Positions 1-9,321 of a stretch of 56,791 bases of DNA are shown here, one piece after another (positions within the stretch are counted from its first letter, which is position 1; every line of letters begins with the position of its first letter). The notes beneath the pieces are model-generated. The model did not search any database. It was not told where the DNA came from and worked only from the letters and a program-made list of their open reading frames with translations. Location: IMG/VR virus record IMGVR_UViG_3300030060_005193, positions 1-56,791 of that record; one strand, written 5' to 3'. The DNA comes from a virus (taxonomy: Duplodnaviria > Caudoviricetes). Position numbers and translations under genes: made by a program.

Positions 1-404
1 AACTAATTATTTAAGTTTATCTGATATACTATTTTTATGTATAAACTGAAAAACTATCTATTAAGTATGCAATCACATTGGATGATTAACCATACAACTT
101 ATCAAGCGGTTCAAGATACCTTGCCGCATATAGTTAAATACAAAGCAGCTATGGGTTTGAAAGATATGGAACAAACGCCAGCGCACGATATAGTAAAAAA
201 AATATATCCAGATATTTATAAAGTGCCTTTGTTTCGCAGACATTTCTGTACGATGTTGTTAAGAGAAATAGAACAAATGAAAAAAGAAATAAAGTTTGCT
301 GGCAATGATGATGAGGACACTTTAAGACAGATACCAGAAATTGTTTTAAAAGAACAAGTGCCTGAACTATATAGGACCATGTGGTTTGTAGTTCAATCTG
401 TTTT
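1..404. repeat. Terminal redundancy, left copy (direct repeat of 56388-56791)
   Basis: Manual alignment: 1-404 matches 56388-56791 colinearly with 11 substitutions and no indels. Confidence 0.95.
22..30 (+). promoter_or_regulatory. Extended -10 promoter (TG-A-TATACT), probably leaderless for the ORF at 37
   Basis: TGATATACT followed by 6 nt then ATG; no Shine-Dalgarno. Confidence 0.5.
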
Positions 405-750
405 AAATCCTATCTTTAATGCAATATGGCAAAGAGATTGCAGAGACCCTGCGTCTATACAAATAGCAAACTATAATCTTAAAGATAAAAAACAAGGTGC
501 CTGGCATCACGATGAATCAGCAGATATATCTGTTGTAGTCCCATTGAATACTGGTAAGTATGAAGGTGGTGGCACTGCATTTCATAATTACGGTGAGGTC
601 CCGCCTTTACCTACAGGACATGCGCTCATGTTTCCTAGCTTTAATAATCTACATAAAGGCCTACCAGTAGAAAGTGGAGACAGATACTTATTGGTTTTCT
701 GGCTATGCGATAAGCAAAAAACTGTGGATTTATACCATTCCTTAGACTAA
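37..750 (+). CDS. 2OG-Fe(II) oxygenase (prolyl/lysyl-hydroxylase-like)
   Basis: HHD...H...R triad (WHHDES, NLHKG, GDRYLLVFW), YEGGGT. Confidence 0.85.
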   Translation: MYKLKNYLLSMQSHWMINHTTYQAVQDTLPHIVKYKAAMGLKDMEQTPAHDIVKKIYPDIYKVPLFRRHFCTMLLREIEQMKKEIKFAGNDDEDTLRQIPEIVLKEQVPELYRTMWFVVQSVLNPIFNAIWQRDCRDPASIQIANYNLKDKKQGAWHHDESADISVVVPLNTGKYEGGGTAFHNYGEVPPLPTGHALMFPSFNNLHKGLPVESGDRYLLVFWLCDKQKTVDLYHSLD

Positions 751-769
751 AAAAACTTGTTATTATTGT

Positions 770-845
770 GTGTAAATAGTTGCAATTAGTTGCAACTTAT
801 GGCATTATATCTATGTGGGAAATTTAATTAATAACAAAAAGGAGG
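770..845 (+). promoter_or_regulatory. Early-island promoter module A: 10-bp-periodic TTGYAA array, sigma70-like promoter and RBS
   Basis: GTGTAA(770), TTGCAA(780), TTGCAA(790); TTGCAA-N17-CATTAT; GGGAAATTTAATT leader and AGGAGG; closely resembles 37270-37346. Confidence 0.7.
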
Positions 846-852
846 GTGAATA

Positions 853-1167
853 ATGAGCAGTATCACAACATATAGCATAGATAAGGCTACTAGATTTTTA
901 ATAAAAGAAGTTGAGTATGACGCCGATACAGTGTGGACAGAAAAAACTGTTATTGAAGATTTGGGTGGCAATCACGATTTGACAAGAATATATATAAAAC
1001 TTGCACTTCAAATATGGAAACCAGAAGAAATAGGTTTTTCTGATTTAATAGAAAAAGAAAAAAACAAGGGTTTTACGGCTTGGGAGGTTTTCTTGAAACA
1101 ACATGTTGAGGGCACATGGCAACCCTCAATAACCAGTGAAATTATTAACGACAAGGCAGGTAAATAA
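853..1167 (+). CDS. Hypothetical early protein
   Basis: ORF with strong RBS (AGGAGG) after promoter module. Confidence 0.75.
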   Translation: MSSITTYSIDKATRFLIKEVEYDADTVWTEKTVIEDLGGNHDLTRIYIKLALQIWKPEEIGFSDLIEKEKNKGFTAWEVFLKQHVEGTWQPSITSEIINDKAGK

Positions 1168-1376
1168 TGTTTGATGTAATTAGTTATGACGAGCATGGCA
1201 ACGAAGATAAAGCCATGGCAAAGAAACTCAAAAACGGATTTGCAAAGGTGTATGACAACATATGCAAAGACTGTCTAGGTACTGGAAAAAGAAAGATTAC
1301 TTTTGAGGATTGCTTTGGCAATCCAGTGCCAGAGAAAACTGTTTATTTAAAATGCAACTGCAAGGAGGTGGCGTAG
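1167..1376 (+). CDS. Small zinc-finger-like protein
   Basis: CKDCLGTG...CNC; coupled to upstream ORF by TAATG. Confidence 0.65.
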   Translation: MFDVISYDEHGNEDKAMAKKLKNGFAKVYDNICKDCLGTGKRKITFEDCFGNPVPEKTVYLKCNCKEVA

Positions 1377-1612
1377 TGAGATACTTAAACAAAAAAGTTA
1401 CAGGCTATTGGGGTGCTGGCATCCCATTAGACTTTGGCAAAGTAGACGCGACACATGCTGACGGACATATCACTATTAAGTGGGATGACGGCAGAAGAGT
1501 GAAACATAACCCTGCCAACATACAAGTTGGTAATATTAACGACGGTATTGGTGTTTATTGGGGTGTAGACGAACAAGCCATACCATTTTCAAATTACTGG
1601 AGGGTAACATGA
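1376..1612 (+). CDS. Hypothetical protein
   Basis: GTG start at 1376 after AGGAGGT; the ORF track start at 1310 is probably too early. Confidence 0.65.
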   Translation: MRYLNKKVTGYWGAGIPLDFGKVDATHADGHITIKWDDGRRVKHNPANIQVGNINDGIGVYWGVDEQAIPFSNYWRVT

Positions 1613-1752
1613 AAAAGAAAACTTATAGAGAAATTATTGCTGAGCTTGATGCAATAGCAAATGACGAAAGCAAATCAAAAAAAGAAAGAGACGCTGCGTG
1701 GAAAAAAAGAAACGACATCGTTGCTGAATTAACATTAAAAGCTTACGGCTAG
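1609..1752 (+). CDS. Small hypothetical protein
   Basis: ATGA overlap with previous stop, GGAGG RBS. Confidence 0.6.
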   Translation: MKKKTYREIIAELDAIANDESKSKKERDAAWKKRNDIVAELTLKAYG

Positions 1753-1763
1753 GAGGTAAGATT

Positions 1764-2042
1764 ATGAATGTTAAAGATAAATTGAAACAAATTGAAAACA
1801 TGGACAAGTCTATTAATACAGAACTAAGTAAACTTGTTGATGAGGTTAATAATTGTTGCTATGTAGATGGCTACGATGCTACAACTGAGGAATGTATTGG
1901 TAAGGTGGTATCAAGGTTTTTAGGTTGGGATGGCAATGCAATTATGAAGATAGCATTTAACGCTCTTGAAGATGCAAACTTTCACGGTTTAAATGTTGAA
2001 TTACAAAAAACCTACAACGATTGGTTGAAGACAGTCAGCTAA
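1764..2042 (+). CDS. Hypothetical protein
   Basis: AGGAGGT RBS; contains ALEDANFH. Confidence 0.7.
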   Translation: MNVKDKLKQIENMDKSINTELSKLVDEVNNCCYVDGYDATTEECIGKVVSRFLGWDGNAIMKIAFNALEDANFHGLNVELQKTYNDWLKTVS

Positions 2043-2806
2043 TATAAATCTGAAATTTCTACAACCTGGACACCATCTAGGTTGTAGGGTTTAAAATCAT
2101 CTTGTTCTTTACATCTTAACAACAGCTCTAGTGCTTGTTCGTTTCTTGCTCTGGCATATTCCAATGCCTCATCGGATAAAGTATAAACACCAAATGGATA
2201 TGGATGTGCTTTTTCTTGTGCTAAGAAATTAAAACCATCTGCTCTTAATCCAGAGGCTCTACAACCGTCAACATATAGTGCTGCTTGCATGTGATAGTTA
2301 AAGTTATTAATAGCCGCTCTAAAACCTCTAGGTGAGGCATCACGGCATGTTTTAAGGTCCCAAACTCTTTCATTATCATACCAGTCCAATCTACATTTGA
2401 AAGGGTGGCCATGCCACTCAAACACAAGCGTTAGTTCTGCTCGGTCATTTTTTTTTGGCACATAGTCTTTTACAACATCACGTCTTTCAATACAGGTATC
2501 AAACATATCTTGTGTAACGGCTGTTCTATTACCTATGCTGGCCATAAAATCTTCATACTCTTCTTTGCCTGCTTTTGTTCTGCGGTCAATCTTTGGTTGT
2601 ATTACAAACTCATCATCAAACTTATGCAGCTCTAAAAAAACAGTGTGTTGCACTCGCCCTTCCAGCAGAGCTGGGGTCTGGACCATTTCTTTTTGATGTT
2701 TCCAGCTGTATGGGCATTTAATGACCGCTGTTAGGTCGTGAGACCTAAAGGCTGGTATCTCTGCATATTGTTCATAGGGTATGTCTTCATATATTCCTGG
2801 TTTCAT
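2039..2806 (-). CDS. RecE/exonuclease VIII-like PD-(D/E)XK nuclease (DUF3799-like)
   Basis: KCRLD...DLKT, YHMQAALY; start moved to MKPGIY after GAGGAG. Confidence 0.85.
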   Translation of the reverse strand: MKPGIYEDIPYEQYAEIPAFRSHDLTAVIKCPYSWKHQKEMVQTPALLEGRVQHTVFLELHKFDDEFVIQPKIDRRTKAGKEEYEDFMASIGNRTAVTQDMFDTCIERRDVVKDYVPKKNDRAELTLVFEWHGHPFKCRLDWYDNERVWDLKTCRDASPRGFRAAINNFNYHMQAALYVDGCRASGLRADGFNFLAQEKAHPYPFGVYTLSDEALEYARARNEQALELLLRCKEQDDFKPYNLDGVQVVEISDLY

Positions 2807-3509
2807 TTTGTATCTCCTCAAATTCATTTTTGGTTATGCTGTGGCAATTAAGATTGCCAGCAACGGTTCTTCTTTCACCCTCACCCTTAAACGGATAGAC
2901 GCAGTGTTGCATCCAAGAGGGAAATAATAATAGTTTGCCTACCCCTGGTTTAATCATAACTTGTTGAGGTGGTCTTAATCGCTCTGGGTCCTTGCTTTGG
3001 TTTAAACCATAGGTAAAATTTATAAAGCCGTCTATGGCTCCAGAGCTGTCGTATAAACTTATATTTGTGTCATCATCTAGCTCGCCGATTTGTGGTGGCA
3101 CTTTGGTCCAGCAAGTAAAAGATATGCCCATCGGTGATGTCGTTAAGTGGTCGTGAATTGGATTGTAGTCGCCTGCAAAACTATGAACGGACCATAACTT
3201 ATCCACGTCAATTTTCTTGGAGACTAGAGGAGTTTTAGTTTGTTCCACAAAATGTCGTAGATAAGCAAGGCCCAAGCTTTCTACTATACTAACAAAAGGT
3301 TTGAGTATAGGCGATTGATAATCCATTATTATTTGTTCGCCTTGGTGTATTTGGCCTACCAAGTCAGGACCAGCCGATGTTCTGGAAGTATCATTTCTTA
3401 ATACATCTAAGTAGTTGTTTAGTCGCAGCACAGTATCATCATCAAGAATGTGTTGCATCATTAGTGCTGCTGGCAAAACCTGTAGTTCATATTCTATTTC
3501 GTTAGTCAT
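2787..3509 (-). CDS. 2OG-Fe(II) oxygenase (TIGR02466-like), paralogue of 20439-21146
   Basis: GDYNPIHDH, FPSWMQHCVYP, ERRT. Confidence 0.85.
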   Translation of the reverse strand: MTNEIEYELQVLPAALMMQHILDDDTVLRLNNYLDVLRNDTSRTSAGPDLVGQIHQGEQIIMDYQSPILKPFVSIVESLGLAYLRHFVEQTKTPLVSKKIDVDKLWSVHSFAGDYNPIHDHLTTSPMGISFTCWTKVPPQIGELDDDTNISLYDSSGAIDGFINFTYGLNQSKDPERLRPPQQVMIKPGVGKLLLFPSWMQHCVYPFKGEGERRTVAGNLNCHSITKNEFEEIQNETRNI

Positions 3510-3771
3510 GCTTTTGTGTTTTTACTAGCTCAGTTAGTATCAAACTATATCCTACCATGTCATCAGCTGAGTCTTGATGGTTTGGATTGTTGACTATCCT
3601 GCAAGCTTTAAAAGCCAACATCATGGCGCAACATTGGCTTGGTGTAAGGTTGGCACCAAGCATGCTGTTCCAGGTGTTTGCTAATTGTTCAAAGAAAACA
3701 TCTGGACTTGCATAAGCCTCGCCCTTAATGTCTAAGAGTTCTGCTATTTCTATTGCTTTATCTTTATACAT
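3502..3771 (-). CDS. DUF6378-like phage protein
   Basis: FEQLANTW...MLAFKACR...HQDSADDMVGY pattern. Confidence 0.6.
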   Translation of the reverse strand: MYKDKAIEIAELLDIKGEAYASPDVFFEQLANTWNSMLGANLTPSQCCAMMLAFKACRIVNNPNHQDSADDMVGYSLILTELVKTQKHD

Positions 3772-3782
3772 AGTATTGGGTT

Positions 3783-3844
3783 GGTAAGCGACGCTTGTTC
3801 TCTTGGAGTAAGAAGAGAATTTGTGCGGAGGGTCGTCGCCTACC
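3783..3844 (-). other. Intergenic two-stem RNA hairpin with anti-SD-like loops
   Basis: Outer 11-bp stem with a G-U pair only on the minus (transcribed) strand; inner TTCTCTT/AAGAGAA stem; loop CUUACUCC. Confidence 0.55.
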
Positions 3845-3851
3845 TGTAAAC

Positions 3852-4604
3852 CTAAAAAGGGATGTCGTCGTCCGTTAAACCTTTTTTATTTTCGCTCTCG
3901 TCAAAATCAGGACTGTTCATCTTTGCAGCATCATCTGTCAATTTAGATAAGTCCTCTGACATAGACGGTTCATCTGATTCACCCACAGCTGATTTGTATT
4001 CATAACTAGATTCAATATCTTCTTGTTGCCAGGGTGGTAGTGAATCAAAAATATCACACATAGCTTTGCTATCGGCTGATTGCTTACCTCTAAAATCATC
4101 TAGGTAAACATCTAAGTCAAACGATTGTTTTTCATTATGTGTTTCTACAACTTGGATGCCGCCATCTGGTCTTTGCAGATTTAGTATCTTTGGATTACCG
4201 CCAACTGAATTTTCTGTCGGTGCAGTATGACCCACTTCTATTCTTGCGGTACAACCAAGTAATTTACTAATATCAAAGCCACCGAGTTCTTCTTCGGTAA
4301 AACTTTTACCACGCCAGCTCTCTAAATCTTTACGCAATGCCGCTGCCTCAAATAAAGATGCAGTGTACGTTTTGGAAACTGCGAAAGGTCTACCGTCTTC
4401 CATTTTGGAAGTATTACTATCTGGGTCCAACGCCTCTGTTACTTCAAAGGTTATGTGTACTCTAGTCTTTTTACTTTTTACGCCTTTGTATTCTTGGTCT
4501 GTAGTGCCCAAGTCAATTATGCGGAAACAAGTTCCAAGATAGATTCCCTTTTGTAATTTTGGTAGACTTTCGCCGCTACCGTCGCTACTTATTGTTAAGC
4601 TCAT
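3852..4604 (-). CDS. Putative ssDNA-binding/replication protein (NGO0469-like)
   Basis: GIYLGTCFRIIDLGT, LRKDLESWRG, acidic C-terminal tail DDDIPF. Confidence 0.7.
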   Translation of the reverse strand: MSLTISSDGSGESLPKLQKGIYLGTCFRIIDLGTTDQEYKGVKSKKTRVHITFEVTEALDPDSNTSKMEDGRPFAVSKTYTASLFEAAALRKDLESWRGKSFTEEELGGFDISKLLGCTARIEVGHTAPTENSVGGNPKILNLQRPDGGIQVVETHNEKQSFDLDVYLDDFRGKQSADSKAMCDIFDSLPPWQQEDIESSYEYKSAVGESDEPSMSEDLSKLTDDAAKMNSPDFDESENKKGLTDDDIPF

Positions 4605-4624
4605 AAATATCTCCTCTAATGTGT

Positions 4625-4680
4625 TTGCAAATTATAATAAACTTGGGTATTATTCTATAACCTTTTACAAAAGAAGTAAA
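4625..4680. promoter_or_regulatory. Bidirectional sigma70-like promoters with overlapping -10 boxes
   Basis: Plus: TTGCAA(4625)-N17-TATTAT(4648); minus: TTTACT(4680)-N17-TAGAAT(4657); lies between divergent operons. Confidence 0.6.
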
Positions 4681-4702
4681 CACATAAAAAAGCGATGGAT
4701 TG

Positions 4703-6859
4703 ATGTCATTAAAAATAAAACGACCTAACAAGAATTTTAACACACCCTTTACCAAAGATTACGTTTCACAATTTCAAGATTTCTTAGCCACCAATGGCTA
4801 TGAACCAGACCCTAAGAAGGGTTTGATTACTGATGGCTCAATAGGTCGGGCCTACATCAATATTGGTAATCAAAGGAAGCTGGTAGGTTGGTATCAAGCC
4901 TGGCTAGACCAATCCTCCCCCTACGGTCGTATTGGCGATTATCGTGTCAGCACGGACCAACCTACAGCAACCTGGAAACCTGAGAATAGTAAAAGATACC
5001 GCATGACTAAAGAACAGAAGGCGGAGATTGCAGAGCTACGACGCCAGGCAGAGGTCAAGACAGCAGAAAAATATACGCAGGCCGCACAGCGAGCACAGTC
5101 CATTTGGGATAAATGTGAGGATTGTGTTAAGCATGAATATTTAGAAAAGAAACAGGTCTTATCCTATGGATTAAAAAAAGATAACAATAATAATTTGGTT
5201 ATCTGTATGAAGGATGGTCAGGGCACTATCGTTGGCCTACAGTATATCGGTCCCGATGGCACCAAGCGTTTTCTTACTGGTTCTAAAAAAAGCGGTAGCT
5301 TTTTTCTTCTCGGCAGAGAAATATTTAATAGCTCAGATACCCTTAATTACGCAGAGGGTTATGCAACAGCTGCCTCTATATACGCTGACCGCTCCCAGCC
5401 AGTTGTCGTCGCCTTTGATGCTTACAATCTGATTAAAGTAGCAGAGGTTATGTATCAATACTTCCCAAGTCATAAGCACGTCTTTGTCGCCGATAATGAC
5501 GAAAGTCAGACAGGCGAAAAAGAGGCAAAGAAAGCGGCAGCTTGGGTCAATAAAGCAGGCGGTTACGCCGAAGTACAAATGCCAGAAACGACAGGCGATT
5601 ACAACGACCATAAGAACGAAGTTACGGTAGCCGAAGGCGAGGTGGTCTTGCAGAAAATAGATGTGCCTGTTGAATACGATTTTGTGCGTTCAGCAAGCGG
5701 ACGCTTCTTAAATACTAAAGACAATATTGACGGTGTATTAAAGACGCACAATGTTGATGTGCGCTACAACGTGATTAAGAAGAAGATGGAGATAGACATA
5801 CCCAACATGACTTTTATTGCAGACATGCATGAGGAGGCTAGCCTAATTGAAATAGAGCATCGTTGTATTAACATGGGCATACCTCATTCAAAGGTACGCG
5901 ACTATCTCAAAGTATTGGCGCGCGAATATAATCCTGTAAAAGAATGGATAGATAGTGAGCCGTGGGATGGACAGGACCGATTGCCAGACTTTCTCAATTC
6001 GCTGACTACAGAGGAATCCGCACAGCTTAGAGATATGTTACTAAAGAAGTGGTTAATCAGTTGTGTGGCCGCCGCTTACGAAGTTAAGGGTGTTGAATTA
6101 GAAGGCATACTGGTATTACAAGGAGCACAAGGACTCGGTAAAACCTTATGGTTTAAACGCCTATGTGATTACAATAATGGCTGGCTCTTGGAGGGTGCAA
6201 CGCTTAACCCTTCTGACAAGGACTCTGTAAAGCGAGCCGTTAGTCATTGGATTGTAGAATTAGGCGAAATAGAGTCTACCTTTAAAAAATCGGATATAGA
6301 CCAGCTGAAAGCCTTTGTAACATCACGCACGGATGAGCTAAGGCTACCCTATGACCGTGCTTTTACGACTTATCAGCGCCGTACGGCGTTTTATGCATCG
6401 GTCAACGCACGCGAGTTCTTGACGGACACAAGTGGCAATCGTAGATTCTGGGTACTCGCGGTTAAAGACATCAATGTCAATCACGGCATCAATATGCAAC
6501 AGCTTTGGGCCCAGGTAAAAGAAACTATGTATGTGCAGGGACAAAAGAACTGGTTTTTATCACCAGATGAGCGTGAATTACTGCAAGATAGCAACGAATT
6601 GTATAGAACTCAGTCTAGTGTTGAAGATTTGATACTAGAACACGTTAATTTTGACAGTGAAGATGGAAAGCCAGTGCAAATGACCAAATTGTTGCGCGAT
6701 TTGGGAATTAAATCCCCCAGGATGCCTGATTTCAAAGAGGCAAGTCGTGTTTTACACGAAAAGGGCATCATGCCGCGCAGAAGTAATGGTAAGAAGATAT
6801 TTGACTTAGATTATTCGGCGATAGACGAAGAATTTAGTAACTATACGGATAAATTTTAG
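4703..6859 (+). CDS. Toprim primase fused to VapE/VirE-family P-loop ATPase (primase-helicase)
   Basis: AEGYATA and ADND toprim motifs, GDYND; Walker A GAQGLGKT, WIVELGE, SGNRRFW. Confidence 0.9.
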   Translation: MSLKIKRPNKNFNTPFTKDYVSQFQDFLATNGYEPDPKKGLITDGSIGRAYINIGNQRKLVGWYQAWLDQSSPYGRIGDYRVSTDQPTATWKPENSKRYRMTKEQKAEIAELRRQAEVKTAEKYTQAAQRAQSIWDKCEDCVKHEYLEKKQVLSYGLKKDNNNNLVICMKDGQGTIVGLQYIGPDGTKRFLTGSKKSGSFFLLGREIFNSSDTLNYAEGYATAASIYADRSQPVVVAFDAYNLIKVAEVMYQYFPSHKHVFVADNDESQTGEKEAKKAAAWVNKAGGYAEVQMPETTGDYNDHKNEVTVAEGEVVLQKIDVPVEYDFVRSASGRFLNTKDNIDGVLKTHNVDVRYNVIKKKMEIDIPNMTFIADMHEEASLIEIEHRCINMGIPHSKVRDYLKVLAREYNPVKEWIDSEPWDGQDRLPDFLNSLTTEESAQLRDMLLKKWLISCVAAAYEVKGVELEGILVLQGAQGLGKTLWFKRLCDYNNGWLLEGATLNPSDKDSVKRAVSHWIVELGEIESTFKKSDIDQLKAFVTSRTDELRLPYDRAFTTYQRRTAFYASVNAREFLTDTSGNRRFWVLAVKDINVNHGINMQQLWAQVKETMYVQGQKNWFLSPDERELLQDSNELYRTQSSVEDLILEHVNFDSEDGKPVQMTKLLRDLGIKSPRMPDFKEASRVLHEKGIMPRRSNGKKIFDLDYSAIDEEFSNYTDKF

Positions 6860-6861
6860 AC

Positions 6862-7965
6862 ATGATTAAGCAAATGAAAAAAATAGGCAACGCAACCCTA
6901 TATTGTGCTGATTGCAAAGACGTTTTGCCTTTATTAAAAGATATAGACGCTTGTGTAACAGACCCGCCCTATGGTCTATCGTTTATGGGCAAGAAATGGG
7001 ATTATGATGTGCCTGACGTGGATATTTGGACGCAAGTACATGATGTATTAAAGCCTGGTGCACATCTTTTATCATTTTTTGGCTCTCGCACTTATCACAG
7101 AGGAACTATACCGATTGAGGACGCAGGATTTGAAATCCGCGACCAAATTATGTGGCTTTATGGTAGTGGTTTTCCAAAGTCCTATAACATAGCTAAAGGC
7201 ATTGAGGGCAAGTTAAAACACGGAACAGCAAATTGGAAAGATTGGAATAAATTAGACGGAGATTTGGTAGATAGCAAAATAGGCTACAGTAAAATGCAAC
7301 ATAAACAAGGTTACAGAGATAAAGACTATTCTGAAAAAAAACATATTCAGAATGTAAAATTTCACACCAAAGAAGCACAACAATACGAGGGTTGGGGTAC
7401 GGCTTTAAAGCCAGCACATGAGCCGATTGTTATGGCGAGGAAACAATTTAAAGGCAGTGTTGCTGAGAACGTGTTAGAGCATGGTACTGGTGGAATTAAT
7501 ATAGATGAGTGTCGGGTTGGCACAGATGATAATTTATCTGGTGGTAGTGGTAGGATTGGTGGTTTTGCAGGTAAAACGCAAGGCGGTGAGTTATCAGATT
7601 ATAAAGTATCAGGTAACGAGCAAGGCAGATTCCCAGCCAATGTCATGCACGATGGTTCTGAGGAAGTGCAGGAGATATTTGAGGACAAAGCACGATATTT
7701 TTATTGTGCGAAAGCAAACAAAAAAGATAGAGATGAGGGTAATGAACACCCTACAGTTAAGCCAACGGAGTTGATGAAATATTTATGTCGCCTGGTAACA
7801 CCGAAAGGTGGTGTTGTGCTTGACCCATTTATGGGTAGTGGTAGCACAGGTAAGGCGGCGGTTATGTCGGGTTTTAAATTTGTAGGTATAGAAATGGACG
7901 AGGAATATTTTGAGATAGCATGTGCTAGGATTAAGAAAGCACAAGAACAGAGAAAATTATTCTGA
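6862..7965 (+). CDS. N6-adenine/N4-cytosine DNA methyltransferase (beta class)
   Basis: DPPY motif before LDPFMGSGSTG; HPTVKP. Confidence 0.93.
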   Translation: MIKQMKKIGNATLYCADCKDVLPLLKDIDACVTDPPYGLSFMGKKWDYDVPDVDIWTQVHDVLKPGAHLLSFFGSRTYHRGTIPIEDAGFEIRDQIMWLYGSGFPKSYNIAKGIEGKLKHGTANWKDWNKLDGDLVDSKIGYSKMQHKQGYRDKDYSEKKHIQNVKFHTKEAQQYEGWGTALKPAHEPIVMARKQFKGSVAENVLEHGTGGINIDECRVGTDDNLSGGSGRIGGFAGKTQGGELSDYKVSGNEQGRFPANVMHDGSEEVQEIFEDKARYFYCAKANKKDRDEGNEHPTVKPTELMKYLCRLVTPKGGVVLDPFMGSGSTGKAAVMSGFKFVGIEMDEEYFEIACARIKKAQEQRKLF

Positions 7966-8090
7966 TGATTGAGCTGCTAAAAGAGATAATTTGCATATCA
8001 GCTGTTACCTTTCTCTCAGTGCTGGCCGCATCAATATTATTAGTCGGCTTGGCTGTCTTAATTGCGGATAGGAACATAAATGACAAATAA
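7965..8090 (+). CDS. Small single-TM peptide (41 aa, not in the ORF track)
   Basis: TGATG coupling; MIELLKEIICISAVTFLSVLAASILLVGLAVLIADRNINDK. Confidence 0.5.
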   Translation: MIELLKEIICISAVTFLSVLAASILLVGLAVLIADRNINDK

Positions 8091-8099
8091 GGCGTTAAA

Positions 8100-8210
8100 A
8101 GGGTATAGCACAGGGTATAGTAAAAAAAGCTGTACCCTTGCTGAAAGCCTTACTAATACTGGGTTAATACTATATAAGGGTATAGTGTATTATATATATA
8201 TATATTACTT
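8100..8210. other. Candidate replication origin
   Basis: AGGGTATAG three times (8100, 8112, 8177), related inverted TGTACCCT, (TA)n run at 8191-8205, downstream of the primase operon. Confidence 0.45.
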
Positions 8211-8287
8211 AACTAGCGTAAGATTACATTCTTACGGGTTACATAATAGGTATAATAGAAGTGCTATGCACTCTACACTGTGCACTT

Positions 8288-8443
8288 ATGGGTAAGGGTT
8301 CTAAAAGAAGACCAGGTAAGCAATCGGTTTATAATCGTGAGTGGGATAAAATATTTAAACGCAAGAAAGTTAAAGCAAAGTGTGAGAAATGTGGAAAGTA
8401 TATTGCGATACAAGATATTAAGACACATGAGTGCAAGGAATAG
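8288..8443 (+). CDS. Small basic protein with CxxC...HxC zinc motif
   Basis: MGKGSKRRP...WDKIF...CEKC...HEC. Confidence 0.6.
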   Translation: MGKGSKRRPGKQSVYNREWDKIFKRKKVKAKCEKCGKYIAIQDIKTHECKE

Positions 8444-8445
8444 AT

Positions 8446-8952
8446 ATGCCAAAGAAGATTAAGAAACAACCAATCGCCGATGCGCCATTGCAATTTGATA
8501 AAGACAAGGAGCATGGCTTAACCGAAATGCAGGCCAGCTTTGTTTGGCATTACACCGAAGGTGCATGCGGTATGACCGAGGCAGCCAGAAAAGCTGGTTA
8601 TGAATTTCCAAGTCAGTCGGCGAATAAACTATTGAACGGCAAGACATATCCAAATGTGGTTAAAGCAATAAGAATAAAACAAGATGAGCTAGCAGAAAAG
8701 TATGCAATCACACCACAGAAGACTGGCACTATGTTGTGGAAAGTAATGGAGAGTGCATTTGAAAAAGGACAATACAATGCTGCGGTATCAGCAATCAAAG
8801 AGCTTAATCAACTCGCTGGTTTATCTATCAATCGGTCGCAGAATATAAACATCAACGCTAACCTAGAGAAGATGAGCAGGGAGCAAATCAAGGAGCGATT
8901 AGGAAGATTACTCGGCGCAGATGTTGAGGATTATTCGCCTAAAGATAAATAG
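8446..8952 (+). CDS. terS: Terminase small subunit
   Basis: LTEMQASFV...TEAARKAGY HTH pattern typical of the Terminase_2 family. Confidence 0.8.
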   Translation: MPKKIKKQPIADAPLQFDKDKEHGLTEMQASFVWHYTEGACGMTEAARKAGYEFPSQSANKLLNGKTYPNVVKAIRIKQDELAEKYAITPQKTGTMLWKVMESAFEKGQYNAAVSAIKELNQLAGLSINRSQNININANLEKMSREQIKERLGRLLGADVEDYSPKDK

Positions 8953-8964
8953 AAATAAAACTAA

Positions 8965-8999
8965 CTCTGGCGCCCGCGCCCAGAGAAAAGTTTTTTTTT
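8965..8999 (+). terminator. Possible intrinsic terminator after terS
   Basis: CTCTGG/CCAGAG stem, T9 run 5 nt downstream (atypical spacing). Confidence 0.35.
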
Positions 9000-9286
9000 A
9001 AGGAAAAAAAGGCATGCTCCAAAAAAGCACGGCATATCAACAACTTACGACAGATATTTAGAGTTATACTTTAGTGCAACTATGTGCAACATGTGAGCAC
9101 AGCAGTAACGCCAGTAATATTGGAGTCCCTAGAGACCGCTTTTTTCTGGGGAAAAACCGATTAAGGGACCCCTACCACCCCAAATATCGGCAAGGCCTTT
9201 GCAGTTGTAGCTATAACTAGGTTTGATACATTGAATCACTAGAAAAACTCAACGCAAAAAAATTTTAAAATAATTTTTATAATCGT

Positions 9287-9315
9287 TTGCAATTTTTTAT
9301 AAGTTTTGGCAGACT
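9287..9315 (+). promoter_or_regulatory. Sigma70-like promoter, leaderless for the ORF at 9322
   Basis: TTGCAA-N17-CAGACT, 6 nt to ATG. Confidence 0.45.
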
Positions 9316-9321
9316 TATACC

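Noticed and set aside
1-404. True identical direct terminal repeat (T7-like)
   Set aside because: The copies differ at 11 sites and the repeat ends mid-gene; circular overlap of two variants or terminal redundancy fits better
8080-8295. 71-aa ORF in the track
   Set aside because: Reads through the TA run and repeats (YYIYIYY) with no RBS; better explained as non-coding origin-like DNA
9092-9101. TGTGAGCACA as a CRP/cAMP-responsive site linked to the cyclase
   Set aside because: Lacks the TGTGA-N6-TCACA spacing; no convincing CRP box was found by eye
8953-9320. tRNA or other known RNA gene in the longest intergenic region
   Set aside because: No cloverleaf or T-loop GTTCRA with acceptor stem visible; a tRNAscan/Infernal run would settle it
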